Source: Podarcis liolepis (taxonomy: Eukaryota). From it: DNA of 64,000 nt. Shown piece after piece: positions 22,307 to 36,241 of this stretch (position 1 is the stretch's first letter; each line of letters starts with the position of its first letter). Both the position numbers and the translations under genes were made by a program. The stretch is taken from the NCBI GenBank assembly GCA_965112155.1, contig OZ218103.1; one strand, 5' to 3'. The notes under the pieces are model-generated. The model did not search any database. It worked only from the letters and a program-made list of their open reading frames with translations, and was not told the DNA's origin.

Positions 22307-23917
22307 TTAAAGTATGTAGACAGGAAACCTTCTGCACAGCGTAAGGGCTGCTGTGATTGTTAGCTCCTGGGACCCTCCCAACCCAGAGTGCTACCATTAG
22401 ATTTGTAATTGCAAACTTCAAAGTGGGCATGTGATTTGGCAGCTCCTCCTACTAGCATTCATTATATCTTTTGGCAGTGCTCATGTGAGCCCTTGTGTGG
22501 GGAGATCGTTCAAGTGACTAACCCTGGAAGAAGCAGTAGCCAGCTTGGGGGGGGGGGTGACACCAAAAAAGAGACAGTAAGCAGAAACAAAGGCATGGCT
22601 GATGGAAGAAAGGTGACTATTTCCACTTGAATATTTTTCAGGAGAAGCATCTACCCCATTGAAATCACTGGATTTTTTTCACTCAAACATCAAATGCGGA
22701 GAGAATATTTGGTGCAATTGTAGTATAAACCTTCAGTCAATAACGGGAGTTTAGAGTTGCATAGAAATTCCCAACCTTGGCAATCTTGCTCTTAAAAAGC
22801 AACAGCAACCCTTCCCTCCGTATTCCTAAAACTATTTTTCTTGAGCAGGACCCTCTGAATTTACATCAAATTTCACTTTGGACAAAATTCAACAGCAACC
22901 GAACTCTGCATGAGCTGGGCTGGCAACATCTCTCTTAAAAATTGTTCTCAGGATTAAATGTCAATAAGAAAAATGGAGTAATTGCTTTAAAGTAGTCACC
23001 CCAGTAACAGCAGCAGCTGTAGCAGGCAGACTGAGGAGGGTCTCCTGACAAATCTCAAGTCTGTTTACTTCATTACATTGTAACCTTTCTGTTACCAAGA
23101 GATCTTTTTCGAAATAAGTCAGTACCACTCTGCCTTTCTGTGTGAATTAGGGAGTATGCCCCCCGATGTATATACATTAGGAAGCAGGAATGTTGCCTAT
23201 TTTATGAGCCGCATGTGTATCTACCTACATCAACTTTGCACTCTTAACCACAACCACCACCTTTAAGTGAAAAAACACATCTCACAGCCAAGGGCTGATT
23301 TCAATTTTTCCATATTTAGGGAGTTTTCCAATAAACTCTTTAAAATCCACCTCCACCTCTAGCCAGATCTAACAGTGTTAGGAATGCCAACATGAGAACG
23401 GATGACATGGTAGGGTTTAGAATCCATCTTGCACATGTTTTTTAGTCATTCCAGCAGCCATGGCTTGGTGGGTAAATGGTCACACTGCAACCAATAGGGA
23501 GCAGCCCCTCCCTGCCAATGCCTTCATTGTCAGATGCCACACGACAGTGTCAGAGTCTCTGGAAGATAAGATCAGCCCAATTCAGGTACATGACTGGTCT
23601 ACCGTATACCATCTGGGCACATGCTGGTGATATTAAGTGTCCTGTGGATCATTTAAGAGCTATGTGGGTACTTGGCACATGTCACCTCCAACACCATTAT
23701 GTAAGAACCAATAGTAGGGGGTTGGGCCACCTATTCTTGATCACCACTGAAAATGGTAGCCATTTGCTACCCAGCATGATACTTCACCAGTGGCTGCTGA
23801 ATTCTGCACGTTGCTAGGTTAGAAACTGGTTAGCTATGCTTGATATTGGTAGCATGTTTATAACCGGAAGGAAGAAGGAAGAAAAGCTGCAAGTATCTTT
23901 ACAAATGTTAAATATCT

Positions 23918-24712
23918 CATAGAATCATAGAATCATAGAATCATAGAGTTGGAAGAGACCACAAGGGCCATCGAGTCCAACCCCCTGCCAAGCAGGAAAC
24001 ACCATCAGAGCACTCCTGACATATGGTTGTCAAGCCTCTGCTTAAAGACCTCCAAAGTAGGAGACTCCACCACACTCCTTGGCAGCAAATTCCACTGTCG
24101 AACAGCTCTTACTGTCAGGAAGTTCTTCCTAATGTTTAGGTGGAAACTTCTTTCTTGTAGTTTGGATCCATTGCTCCGTGTCCGCTTTTCTGGAGCAGCA
24201 GAAAACAACCTTTCTCCCTCCTCTATGTGACATCCTTTTATATATTTGAACATGGCTATCATATCACCCCTTAACCTCCTCTTCTCCAGGCTAAACATGC
24301 CCAGCTCCCTTAGCCGTTCCTCATAAGGCATCGTTTCCAGGCCTTTGACCATTTTGGTTGCCCTCCTCTGGACACGTTCCAGTTTGTCAGTGTCCTTCTT
24401 GAATTGTGGTGCCCAGAACTGGACACAGTACTCCAGGTGTGGTCTGACCAGAGCAGAATACAGTGGCACTATTACTTCCCTTGATCTAGATGCTATACTC
24501 CTATTGATGCAGCCCAGAATTGCATTGGCTTTTTTAGCTGCCGCGTCACACTGTTGGCTCATGTCAAGTTTGTGGTCAACCAAGACTCCTAGATCCTTTT
24601 CACATGTACTGCTCTCAAGCCAGGTGTCACCCATCTTGTATTTGTGCCTCTCATTTTTTTTGCCCAAGTGCAATACTTTACATTTCTCCCTGTTAAAATT
24701 CATCTTGTTTGC
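23918..24712 (-). mobile_element. young CR1 LINE, 5'-truncated; uninterrupted 232-aa ORF2 C-terminus (24005-24703)
   Basis: [14 protein letters not shown]...EKDLGVLVD...[15 protein letters not shown]...[15 protein letters not shown]...RRLRGDMI and (ATTCTATG)n 3' tail at 23918-23946. Confidence 0.97.
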
Positions 24713-25719
24713 TCTTTACAAAAGCTTCCTTGAATGTTCACCTGGAAGTGATTCCCATTCACCAAAGGTAACCAAACAAGTTGGTCTTTACAAGGCCATG
24801 ACACAAGCGTGCTCACTTACATTAATAGAGGTGGAAACGCTATTCCATTCTATTCCATTGTGAGCCCTAGCCAAAGATAAAATAAAATAAAGACCAATAA
24901 AATATTAAAAAGGAAACTATGGCCAAGATCTAAAGATCCATGAAACTAGTTCACCAAATGAGTCTTTTAGGTTTGTTTTTCCCTGCAAAGATCACTCCCC
25001 TTCCATCATGCTACATGTCAAACTACTTTGAAAAGTGAGGGGAGTCAAAAGCAGGCAGCTCGCCATATGTTAGGTGAGCATCCAGGTGAACAATCAGAGA
25101 AGCAGATATAGGAATGTTTATATGTGTGTTGCAATGTTCATAATGTAAAATCCCCCTACAAATCATTTCAAAAGCAGAAGGAACACAATTTCTATCTTGT
25201 TTTCTCTTCCCTGCCTAACAGGACCCACACAGAGAGTCATCATGTGATTTAGTTGGTATTGGCTCTCAAGTGATTCAGTTGGTATTTCTTGGCCAGACCA
25301 GCAGCAGACACTGTTCCAAAGGGTGCAAGCACAGTTTTATTACAGGGTCCAAGATGGGAGCATATGTTGGCTGAATAAACCAGCATCCTGAAGCTCTGAC
25401 TAAGGGAAATATCCACTGAGCTAAGCATTAGCTGCTAAGTATAAAAAGGAGCAAAACAATCTTGGTGCTGCGTGTGACCCAATAATAATGTTCCAAGAGC
25501 AATGTGAAAGCAAACAGCAGTGGTTGGGGGGGGGGGGAGAGGAAGTATGGAAGCAAATCAGTAACAGATTTTTAAAAATCTGAAGCAGAATTTGAATACT
25601 AGGTTTGATCCATCTCTGCAACTATCTTAGCCCCAAATAACTTCTTTCACTGGATCCCGTAGCTTCATCGATATCAGTCTGCATTATGTTATTTCCTCAA
25701 AACAGTTCACCTCCAAAAT

Positions 25720-26210
25720 GCTGCTATTTATTAATTTATTGAAGTATTTGTAACTCCTTTTTTGTCTTAAAACAATTTCCAATATGGCTAGCAGTTCAAC
25801 CTCAAGCACATGAAAGAAAATACAGCACATACAGCACAACACAAAACCAACAACCCAACTCTTCATAAGCCAGCAGAGATATAACAGAATATGGAAACTA
25901 TCAAACAACCAATGTCTACAAAGCATGTTGTACAAAAGTTCCATGTCTTTGCTGTGGGGTGAAAGATCAGTCGTGATGGAAAGAGCATTTTCCACGTGTG
26001 AAGCCACAATCAAGATCACATCCTGCACACTCATAGATTGCACATTATGGTGCAGAGTTCCACTGATATCATTGGGATGAGATGGGCTTAAATCCAAATA
26101 CTCCTGCTAAACCTTTTTGTAGATCAAGCCGCAAGGTATCTGCCTAGTTGCAAAACCTGGCACCATCCCAATATATCAACAACTTTCCTCCAGTATAACT
26201 GCCATCAAGC
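25720..26210 (-). mobile_element. highly degraded L2-like LINE remnant
   Basis: tatttattaatttattgaagtatttgta-type tail and aagagcattttccacgtgtgaagccac motif. Similar remnants at about 28790-29080 and 29500-29830. Confidence 0.45.
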
Positions 26211-26752
26211 TACTAAAAAATTGGGGGGGGGGATACTAGGCCATACTAACCATGGAAAATGAAAAAGAAGCACACAGCAAGTCAGATTCTGTGCCAAAAG
26301 AAAGATGATGCCCCAGTGAGTAAAAGAGAATGAACTTGTCGGCCATTCATAGCAGTTATTGGTCCCCACATGGGCAATAACAAGAAAGTTCCACATGGCT
26401 TTTGGCAGTAGTGCAATTTATAATGAGAAGAGCTTGCTGAATTATTTAACCATTAAAGACATTGGTACAACTCGAACAGAAATCAGTACCGTGTATTACT
26501 GCCTATAATTATATAGGAGAGCACTGATCTAGAAACTAAGGGTCTAATATCTTTTGGCACAAGAAGTCACCGGGGAGAGGACTAGTGAATGGGAACATGC
26601 TCCAGCCGAAGACAGAGAGATTTCCTTTCAAGAACTGAGCAGAGACCCAGTTGGGAAGTTATTACTTGGAAGAACAAGCTAAAAGAAAACTTGACACCAA
26701 AGATTTAATGGAGGCTGCTTCCTACTTTAAAGTTGTCACTCAGGTATGGATA

Positions 26753-27108
26753 AAGGTAAAGGTAAAGGGACCCCTGACCATTAGGTCCAGTCGTGGCTGA
26801 CTCTGGGGTTGCGGTGCTCATCTCGCTTTATTGGCCTAGGGAGCTGGCGTACAGCTTCCGGGTCATGTGGCCAGCACGACTAAGCCGCTTCTGGCGAACC
26901 AGAGCAGCACACGGAAACGCTGTTTACCTTCCCACCAGGGCAGTACCTATTTATCTACTTTTACTTTGACGTGCTTTCGAACTGCTAGGTTGGCAGGAGC
27001 AGGGACTGAACAACAGGAGCTCACCCCGTCGTGGGGATTCGAACCATTGACCTTCTGATCGGCAAGTCCTAGGCTCTGTGGTTTAACCCACAGTGCCACC
27101 CGCGTCCC
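26753..27108 (-). mobile_element. Sauria SINE, full length
   Basis: tRNA-like head gggacgcgggtggc(a)ctgtggg, B box ggttcgaatcc, (ACCTTT)n tail. 13-bp TSD tcaggtatggata. Confidence 0.95.
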
Positions 27109-27568
27109 TCAGGTATGGATACCCGGGTGCAAAACACACCCTCCGTGCATCGCTTAAAAACAACACTTGTGAAAGGTTTTTATTTTTAACACTACTGAGA
27201 CATAGGTGAGGTTGGAGGGAGCAGGTCAGCTGTCTGTGGCTGGTGGACTCATAAGAACATAGGAAGAGTCCACTAGGTAGATCAAAGGTCTGCCTAGTTC
27301 AGTATCACCCTTTTGAAGTTCCTCATACTGACCAGCCATATGCCTCTTGGAAGCTCATGAGCAGGACAGGATGCCCAGCTAATATTCAGCGGCATGCTGC
27401 TTCTAGCCATGGCAATCCTCCATATCTATTATTGTTATTTCCCTCCATGACTTTGTCTAAGCCCCATTTAGATGCATCTAAACTGGTGGCATTGCCACAT
27501 CTCAGACTCTACTGGTGATGTGTGATGTCTATCCTGCCAGCCAATTGTCTCAGAGTATCCAAGGTTCT

Positions 27569-27921
27569 GGGACATGGGTGGCGCTGTGGGTTAAACCACA
27601 GAGCCTAGGACTTGCTGATCAGAAGGTCGGCGGTTCGAATCCCTGCGACGGGGTGAGCTCCCGTTGCTCAGTCCCTGCTCCTGCCAACCTAGCAGTTCGA
27701 AAGCACGTCAAAGTGCAAGTAGATAAATAGGTACCAATCCAGCGGGAAGGTAAACGGCGTTTCCGTGCGCTGCTCTGGTTCACCAGAAGCGGCTTAGTCA
27801 TGCTGGCCACATGACCCGGAACTGTAAGCTGGCTCCCTCGGCCATTAAAGTGAGATGAGCGCCGCAACCCCAGAGGCGGTCACAACTGGACCTAATGGTC
27901 AGAGGGCCCTTTAACTTTACC
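27569..27921 (+). mobile_element. Sauria SINE, full length
   Basis: Same consensus. 13-bp TSD tatccaaggttct (27556-27568, 27922-27934). Confidence 0.95.
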
Positions 27922-29090
27922 TATCCAAGGTTCTAGTATTATGAGAAAGGCAGAAAAAAAATCTCTATGCCCACTTCCTCCACATCACATACAATTTTTA
28001 TAAGCTGCTACCATGCATGCATTTCATGCCCACCCCTATTTGTCGTATTTTCTAAATTCAAAAGGCCCAGTTTCCATGAAGCAGAACTAATAAAACCTTT
28101 CAAGTCTGATCCCTTGACTAGTGCTGTTAAAATGCAACAGCTTGAGGCTGTGCTTGGGTTCTAGTGCAGAAAGTAGGAGGTGTGCGAAGAACTGGCTGTA
28201 AGAGCAAAAGCTTACAGCTGCCACTGGCAAGACGCTGCTTTGTTCCCCCACCATTCTCCCTTTGGGCAGTGCAATTTGTGAGCGTGGGATGGCTATGGAG
28301 GAAACACACACATGCCCATTCCAGGCTCTCATGCCATAGCATGCAAAATGCTGGGTTGCAGCTAAGATCAACCATCTATTTCCTTAAGCATGTGGAAAAC
28401 TCAGCTGAAGCCTGCACATTAGGTGAAAATGATGCGACAGACAAGCCTTTCTTTTCTGATAGGTCAAAAACCCCATGCACACATATTTACAGTCTCAAAA
28501 TACACAGAAGGAGCCGTTAAGAAAGGATCAGACCATGGTTTGCGTATGTGTTTTGCTGCAGGTCTTTAAACTTGCATGGGCCATTCTCTATTGATGCATT
28601 TAACTGATGACGGAAATTAACTTTATTTCTACCCTTCTTTAGTTTTGAAGAATTTTACAAGGCAGCTTACATAAAAACAAAATACTATAATGTGGTAATC
28701 CTGACAACCATGATCAAAAGTTCCATTTCCACCCACACTCTCAGTTGTGGTTTGTATGAATAGGGAAATACTGTGTTCTATTTTATTTATTTTTATTTAT
28801 TTATTCCAGAATTTACAAACCAGAGAATTACCAAGCAGTGGCAGAAACTGGGTATAAACCATAATGTAGTATCAAAACATAAAAACCCCTGCTAGAGATA
28901 AAAGAAACTAATTTAGGAAGACTTGGAAGGAAAGCTTTCAACCAATGTCGAAAAACATATGTTGGGGCTTCCTTCACTTTCCTAGGAAAGAGAATTCCAG
29001 AGAACTGGCACCATAATGATATATTTGTGTGCTCAAGCCAAAACGCACTTTACTGCAGGAGCATGTGGCACCATCAACCAATCTATATCT

Positions 29091-29458
29091 AAGGTAAAGG
29101 TAAAGGACCCCTGACAGTTACGTCCAGTCACGAACGACTCTGGGGTTGCGGAGCTCATCTCGCTTTACTGGCCGAGGGAGCCGGTGTTTGTCCGCAGACA
29201 GTTTTTCCAGGTCATGTGGCCAGCATAACTAAGCCGCTTTTGGCAAAACCAGAGCAGCGCATGGAAATGCCATTTACCTTTCTGCTGGAGTGGTACCTGT
29301 TTATCTACTTGCACTTTGACGTGCTTTTGAACTGCTAGGTTGGCAGGAGCAGGGACCGAGCAATGGGAGCTCACCCCGTTGTGGGGATTCGAATCGCTGA
29401 CCTTCAAATCAGCAAGCCCTAGGCTCAATAGTTTAGACCACATCACCACCCGTGTCCC
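29091..29458 (-). mobile_element. Sauria SINE (variant subfamily)
   Basis: Same head and tail with an extra internal segment gtttgtccgcagacag. TSD aatctatatcta. Confidence 0.93.
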
Positions 29459-30017
29459 ATAATCTATATCTAGAACTATCTATATTTAGAACCGATCTAT
29501 ATCTACTATTTTTTGCATCTGGCAAAGAGATGGGGGGCACACACGTGCAAAGACTAGGGAAAAGTTGTGTTCTCACTGCCAAAACCTGTCCCCACCAAAG
29601 TTTGCTGATGATTCCTGGGACAGTGTGAGTATATGAGCAGACTCTTTGAGCATCCTATGTGGGAGAAACTCAACAGGTCCATGCTTCCCCAACAAGGTAA
29701 AGGTTAAATTGTACAGGTGATGGAATCTAGAAACCTTGCTAGCACAAGGTGGTGGGTGACCTTACTCTAGGTTAATGTTGCATACAGAAAAGACATCAAC
29801 CCTATGCCTATGCAGGCGTCATAGCTTCCATGTTGAAGATGGGGGTTGCATTGAGCAGTTCCACCCCTTGACATCATATGTTCCTGTTTAGGCCCCTTCC
29901 GACACAAATGTCTGCAGGGAGAGGGCCTTCATGTGTATAGTTCTAGTGATTGTCCATACAGAAGATGGGGAAAGAGGCACTTGGTGCGGCCCTGCTTCTT
30001 GCTCCCTTTGAGGAAAC

Positions 30018-30185
30018 ACCACAGCTCAGTGGTGGAGCATCAGCTTTACATGCATAAGCTCCTGGGTTCAATCCCCAGCATCTCTAGGTAGGGCTGGGTG
30101 AGGCCCCTGCTTCCAGTCAATTTAGAATCATAATGAGCTAGACTGACCAACATTCTAACTCAGTAAAGGCAGCTTCCAATGTTCA
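30018..30185 (+). mobile_element. tRNA-derived SINE (Squam3-like)
   Basis: cacagctcagtggtggagca (A box)...gggttcaatcccc (B box)...gagctagactgaccaa...aaggcagcttcc. Confidence 0.7.
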
Positions 30186-31065
30186 TCAATATGGGAGATG
30201 CCACACCCACCTAAGGCTTGCAATTTATTCAACAATAGTACAGAGCCTTAAAGTTGGTGCAAGTTTTAATCTGTTTTAAGCCTATTGCCATTTTAGCATT
30301 TTGGATGTCTTAAATTATTGTTGTTAATTTGCTTAGTGTTACTTTTATTGTTCTATCTTTTTTTTTGTAGACTTGTTTTTTTCCCTTGCAGTCAAGTGGG
30401 GTATACATTTTGTGAAATAAATAAATATTTCTGTTCTAGAGGTTGGATCCAGACTTAGTTTTCCTCAGAGCAGGCCCACAGAAATAAATGGGATTGAAGT
30501 TAGTCGAGACATGTCCCATTGATTTCAACCAGTCTACTCCAAGCATGATTAAGTCTGGATGCAACCCCTCGTCTTAATCTGTGCAATTCTACAATAACGC
30601 TACAATGAAGTACTGAGCAGCGATCATTACATCATTCTGCATATGAATATTTCAAAATAAGTTTCTGAAAGGCCAAATTAGGCACTTCATGGTGCGAGTG
30701 GTAACCTCCTTTAAAACAATAGTCATGCTGAACATTTGGCAAAAGAATTTCTCTAACAACCAAAACAGAAAAAGATGGTGTCTTAAGCCAAACATTTTGT
30801 TCACATTTTGAAACACTAGCCAAAGCTAAAAATGGACATAAGCTGGTCACGTTCTACTGACCGAGAAACACATGAATGAAATACTGTTTTTAGAAGTTTT
30901 AAACAGACTGGTTTCTGAGCCGCCAGGAGCATAACAGTTCGTGCAAACTTGCTCTGCTGCCTACGAAACACGGGGATGGGAAAAACACCAAAACTGCAGG
31001 CAGCCAAGAAGAGGCAGTTATAAAAAAACATGAAAAAATGGAGAAACAAAAAGTAAATATTCTCT

Positions 31066-31068
<3 letters not shown>

Positions 31069-31107
<39 letters not shown>
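31069..31107. repeat. (GT)n microsatellite
   Basis: Read directly from the sequence. Confidence 0.95.
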
Positions 31108-31108
<1 letters not shown>

Positions 31109-33067
31109 ATCAACCCATGGGAATATGGGGATTCCTTATTGTTTCACAGGAAATTTAATACAAAAAGATATCACTCAGCATGCATTTGTATCGAATACAG
31201 TAAATATGCACCGCACAGGACTCTGTTCTTCCGGCAGCTGAAGTCAGTAAGGGTGGGAAATTTCGAGGCGAGAAGGAGCTATTTAGTGTAGTTACTCCTA
31301 GCAATGTTTTGAATTAGCGTGAGCTATTATTTCCACTGCTCTTCTCTGCAACCCCCACCGCAAAAGCCACGATGGCCAATTCATATAGCGTGGGAGAAGA
31401 GAAGCATTGAAACAAGAAAGAGGAAAGCAAGGGCATGAGAAAAGGCATTGGGAGATAGCTTTGTAATGCTTCCCCCTGCTTTGCGCATTAAAATGTATCC
31501 TGATCTATTGGCCTGCCTGGGCTCTGAAATCTATATGGGAAATCCTTCTCCTTGCACCACGTGAGAGGAAAGGTGGGGAACATGCTGTTGGACTCCAGCC
31601 AACAACACAGAGTCCCAACAAGCATGGCCAATGGTCAGGGACGTTTGGACTTGTAATTCAGTACCATCTGCAAGTTCCAAAGTTCCTCATCTCTTCTTTC
31701 AAGGAACTATTTTGGTTCAATTCAAAGATTTATCTTTTCACCCATTTCCTTTGGAGAAAACCGAAAACGCCTGGGTGAGGCCAGTTGGAAATAATCACTT
31801 TGCTGCAGTAATAGGATTTCTTTTAATTGTATAGTAGGATTGTTTTAGGATTGGTTTTATTGGCGTTTTAATATGCCAAATGTAAACTGCGTCAGATGAA
31901 GGACAGGGTTGAAATGCAATAAAGAACTAAACAAGCTAAAACTGGATGTTCTGTTTTGCTGCACACATAATAAATAAATGTGCCCTATATTTTATTTTAT
32001 TTTAATTTTTATAGATGATAGTTTGCCTCTGTCTAGTCCAGCTGGCATGTTTACTAGGTCTCTAGATCATCTCTGAATTTTGTTTTTGTTTTTTTAAAAT
32101 AAATCTTGTAAGTTTAGCAAACATATCTTACATTTCTGCACATTTCTGTCTAAAATTACATTTGAGACAAATTTGGAAGTGCCTACTCAGGTGAAATGAA
32201 TTTGCAGGATTTCCAACAGAAGGTTGGTGCCAGCTTCTCGTTTAATTAATTTATTATATCTTTACCACCAGAGGAGTGCCAGGTTTTCCACCTCAGGTGT
32301 TGAAATGTCTCTGGCTAGCGCTGTTAGGAAGATATCATCCAACTTCTAAATGTCAATAGAATTAAATATATTCTCTCTCTCTCTCCCCTCCCCCCCTCAG
32401 TCACCAATTGTAAAACTGAGTAAGAGAAGGCAGCAGGGTGTGGGCTGCTTTTCCTCTGCAGAGGTGATGGGACGGAATATTTGCATTCCCCCAGTCTCAT
32501 TACTTTGTTCCACAAAGAGAGCTTGTAGAAGCGGCAGAAGCTTATAGGACTGCAATACACCTTGAAAAAGGAGGCACTGAAAGTGTTTGGAAGAGGACAT
32601 TCCCTACTGAGCAGACAGCGGGTGGATCTGCAGGAAGTGACGGAGGAGAAGGAGAAGAGGAGGCAGAACCGACCCCAATGGCCACAGAGAAAGCCAATGG
32701 CAGCGCGTGAAAGCTGACAAAACTTTTAGAGTTTCTGGTCTGTGGTCTCTCCCAGCTTCAGAGGCACCAATCCAGCTCCTTGCCAAGAGCGCAAGGGAGC
32801 CTAGGTATGCTTCTGACTCTGGTTGGACAATTTTAGACTTTGGACTCTACACGTTGAGGGCGGTGGCTCTTTGGGTGGCAATATGCATTGCTTTACTTAC
32901 TGATTTCAAAACATTAAAAGTCAGCACTGCCAAATCCCCCTTCCCCCGGCACTCATTTTGCTGAGTTGGACCTCTGCTCCAAAGCTGTGCACTGATGTAC
33001 GGAATATGAAATCTAAGAAATCACTCAAGATATCCCTCAAGTAATTAAGGAACAAAAGAAGAAAAGA

Positions 33068-33288
33068 CACACTAACCTGGGAACTTCCCCTCTGCCCAGA
33101 ACGTTGGAGGCTATATACCACACCCCCTCAACAGTATTTATAGGAACTCAAACACTGAGATCCTGCTCTGTTCCAGTAACAAGAAGCCGAAAGCACCAGC
33201 CTGAAGATGACGAGTGAGACCTCGTCGAAACGTCGCCTAGACACCCCAACTCTTACACGGGAAGGCACCCGAAGACACCAAAACCTGC

Positions 33289-33290
<2 letters not shown>
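33068..33290 (+). mobile_element. Penelope-like pseudo-LTR (family 1), solo copy followed by (TA)n(TG)n
   Basis: Colinear with 10018-10237 with about a dozen substitutions. Same 3' end (aaaacctgcat) abutting (TA)n. Confidence 0.88.
33194..33241 (+). ncRNA. minimal type I hammerhead ribozyme
   Basis: CTGAAGA 33201-33207, stem II 33209-33214/33221-33226, GAAA 33227-33230, GTC 33232-33234. Identical to 10141-10188. Confidence 0.75.
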
Positions 33291-33343
<53 letters not shown>

Positions 33344-34719
33344 AGAATCACCCATCAAGTGCACACTTCTGTAACCCAGAAGATGAAACAGTGCTGCCTC
33401 CTAAGCCTGTACATAATTGTAGGGCTTTCTGTAACCAGCCCGACAGACTTCCCAGCATGTTATACCAAAGATTCACATCTGAAATGCCACTACTTATTTT
33501 AATTTTGCATGGGCTGATGGCGTAGACCCCGCAGCTCTCCAAGGAATTCATCGAGCCTGGGGCTTGAACCAAATGCCAGCCAAGGCAAGGGGAGCTATTT
33601 GTGTATCAAATCCCCGTGATCTAAAATGGCTGAAGAACATTTCATGGGCTTTTAAGAAAAGAAAAATAGGACAGAAAAAACAGTCCTCAACAGTTGTGTT
33701 GGTTTTTTTTTTTTTTTGTCAAAGAAGGAAACCTCAAACCCTTAACCCTCAGATCTTTCTTCTGCTCTTCACCTGAAGGTCCCAGGGTGGAGAATACATA
33801 AATATTCAAATTAAAGCATTAACAATATATGAAATACAACAGAGTCTCATTAAAATTACAATAAATCTCAAAACAAACAAAAGAAAAAGCAAGAGGCAGC
33901 AGAAGCTATATAGATTTTACTGTCCACATTCTTTGTCCTTTCTAGCTTTTTCTGAGTAAACCCTAAAACGGAAGTGTAAGAGCATAACGATTCAGCTTGC
34001 CTCTGTTACGTCTTCCTCACAGGTCAGAAGAACAGATGGGTTGAATTCTAGATACCACCCATCAGCCTTTGCTCTGAGACAACCAACCAGCTATGATAAC
34101 CCAAGTCACAGAAAACTGATTCCCATCCATTATTCTTCCAAAAACAGTGGGATGTCAGAGGGATGATGTTCAATGATGCTGTTAGTAAAATTCACTGTAT
34201 CTGTGTTTTAGTCAGACTATGGATGCAGAATAATTTTTTTAAAACAAACATTGACTGCAATGTTTTCTTACATATCTTCATATAGCCAGGAACACACTTG
34301 TGTTTTTCCTTCTAGAATTCCCCCTTATCTTCTTATGCAGAACAGTATAAGCCGTAAAATATAAAACATAAGAATATCCCCGCTGTATCAGGTGGCCCAA
34401 GGCCTACCTAGTCTAGGATCCTCATTTCACAGTGACCAGTCAGAAACATATGAGAAGTCCACCAACAGGACATGACAACTTGTACTTACAGATTGGTTTT
34501 CAGAGACACGTTGCCTCCGACAGTGGAGTAAAATAAAGCAATGATGGCTATAAACAGCCATAGCTACTGATTACCTGGGATGAACTACCCAGGGCGTTCT
34601 GAAATACTTGTTTGGGTCCAAGAGTGGATCTGCCACAAATACCAAAATTAGGATGGAGAAAAAGAAATACTCTTTTCACAAGTGAATCTTCTCATCGAGA
34701 AGGAAGGCTTATAATATTT

Positions 34720-34767
34720 ATGCATGCCCTCCAACATTTCTTTGATGAAAATAGGGACATCCCATTA

Positions 34768-34818
<51 letters not shown>

Positions 34819-35026
34819 GCCCCATCCATCTGACTGGGTTGCTCCAGCCACTCTGGGTGGCTTCCAACATATATAAAAACATAATAAAACCTTAAACATT
34901 AAAAACTCCCCTATACAGGGATGCCTTCAGACGTCTTCTAAAGGTTGTATAGTTACTTATCTCCTTGGCTCAGGGGTTGCATAACTCTATACCATCCAAC
35001 ATTTCTCTATTAAAAAAATTGGGACG
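34720..35026 (-). mobile_element. L2 3' end with (AAT)n tail embedded between two copies of a short direct repeat
   Basis: (TAT)n 34768-34818, then gccccatccatctgactgggttgctccagccactctggg (reverse L2 3' end). Flanked twice by tccaacatttct...aaaa...gggac. Homologous L2 end at 59835-59975. Confidence 0.6.
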
Positions 35027-35197
35027 CTTGGAGGGGCTGTTCTAGGTCTGATCCTACTACTTCTGTTGCAAGGAACTAAAGCACTGCTGCAAATCCCAAA
35101 ACTTACAAGGTCTCAATTCTGTTTTGTTTATGGAGGGGTGGGGTGGGGGACAACAGGATTACCCTGGGGAGTTAGTTCAGTCTACAATATTATTATT

Positions 35198-35545
35198 AGG
35201 TAAAGGGACCCCTGACCATTAGGTCCAGTCATGACCGACTCTGGGGTTGCGGTGCTCATCTCGCTTTATAGGCCGAGGGAGCCGGCGTACAGCTTCCGGG
35301 TCATGTGGCCAGCATGACTAAGCCGCTTCTGGTGAACCAGAGCAGCGCATGGAAACACCGTTTACCTTCCCGCCGGAGTGGTACCTATTTATCTACTCGC
35401 ACTTTAACGTGCTTTTGAACTGCTAGGTTGGCAGGAGCAGGGACCGAGCAATGGGAGCTCAACCCGTTGCGGGGATTCGAACCGCCGACCTTCTGATCGG
35501 CAAGTCCTAGCTCTGTGGTTTAACCCACAGCGCCACCCGCGTCCC
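35198..35545 (-). mobile_element. Sauria SINE, full length
   Basis: Consensus-like. TSD aatattattatta. Confidence 0.95.
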
Positions 35546-36241
35546 TTAATATTATTATTAAACTGATATAATTATACAGTATCATCAACAAAGACGGTTC
35601 TTTACAGGATAAGATGGTGATGGTGTTGTTGATGATAACGCTACTCCCTGTCAAAAGGAGTTTGTGATCTACATTTCAACACATGGAAACACAATGGAAA
35701 GACAACGGTAAAGAAAGACAGAAATTCAGCATTTCTATGCACACTTGGGACTGTGTTGTTTTGTCTTTTTGTTGAGGAACAGGAGAATGAGAATACGGCG
35801 TAAAATGAATATGTCAAAGATTCTATTGGTAAGTGATGCATTATACTGTTTCACTTTCATTGGAATCCTCACTCCAGACAGTATTGGAAATGTAAAATGA
35901 GGGAGGGAAAGAAGTAATAGCACTTGTTTTCTAAGGTTCCCTTTGTATTCTTCCAAAGTAAAAGAGAATATGTTTCTTACAATATGAAACATGATCACTT
36001 TGAAGAGGGTACGTTGAAGAGCAATTTGAAGCAAGACGTAAATGGATTTCAGAATAAGGAATGTTGGATTTCTTTATGCATGTGAGAAATAGCTTTGGTA
36101 AGCTCCTCTTTCATATGGGCTGATGCTGAAGAAGCACAGGGTGCTCACTTCCTTGACCTGCACCACTTCAGACTGAAGGTATACACACACACAGACACAC
36201 ACACACACCACCTCTTGCATGTGGAGAAGTAGGATGTAAGT

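Noticed and set aside
10540-24863. Long antisense ORFs (10540-11055, 11074-11604, 20800-21315, 24345-24863)
   Set aside because: They are shadows on the opposite strand of BovB and CR1 coding sequence.
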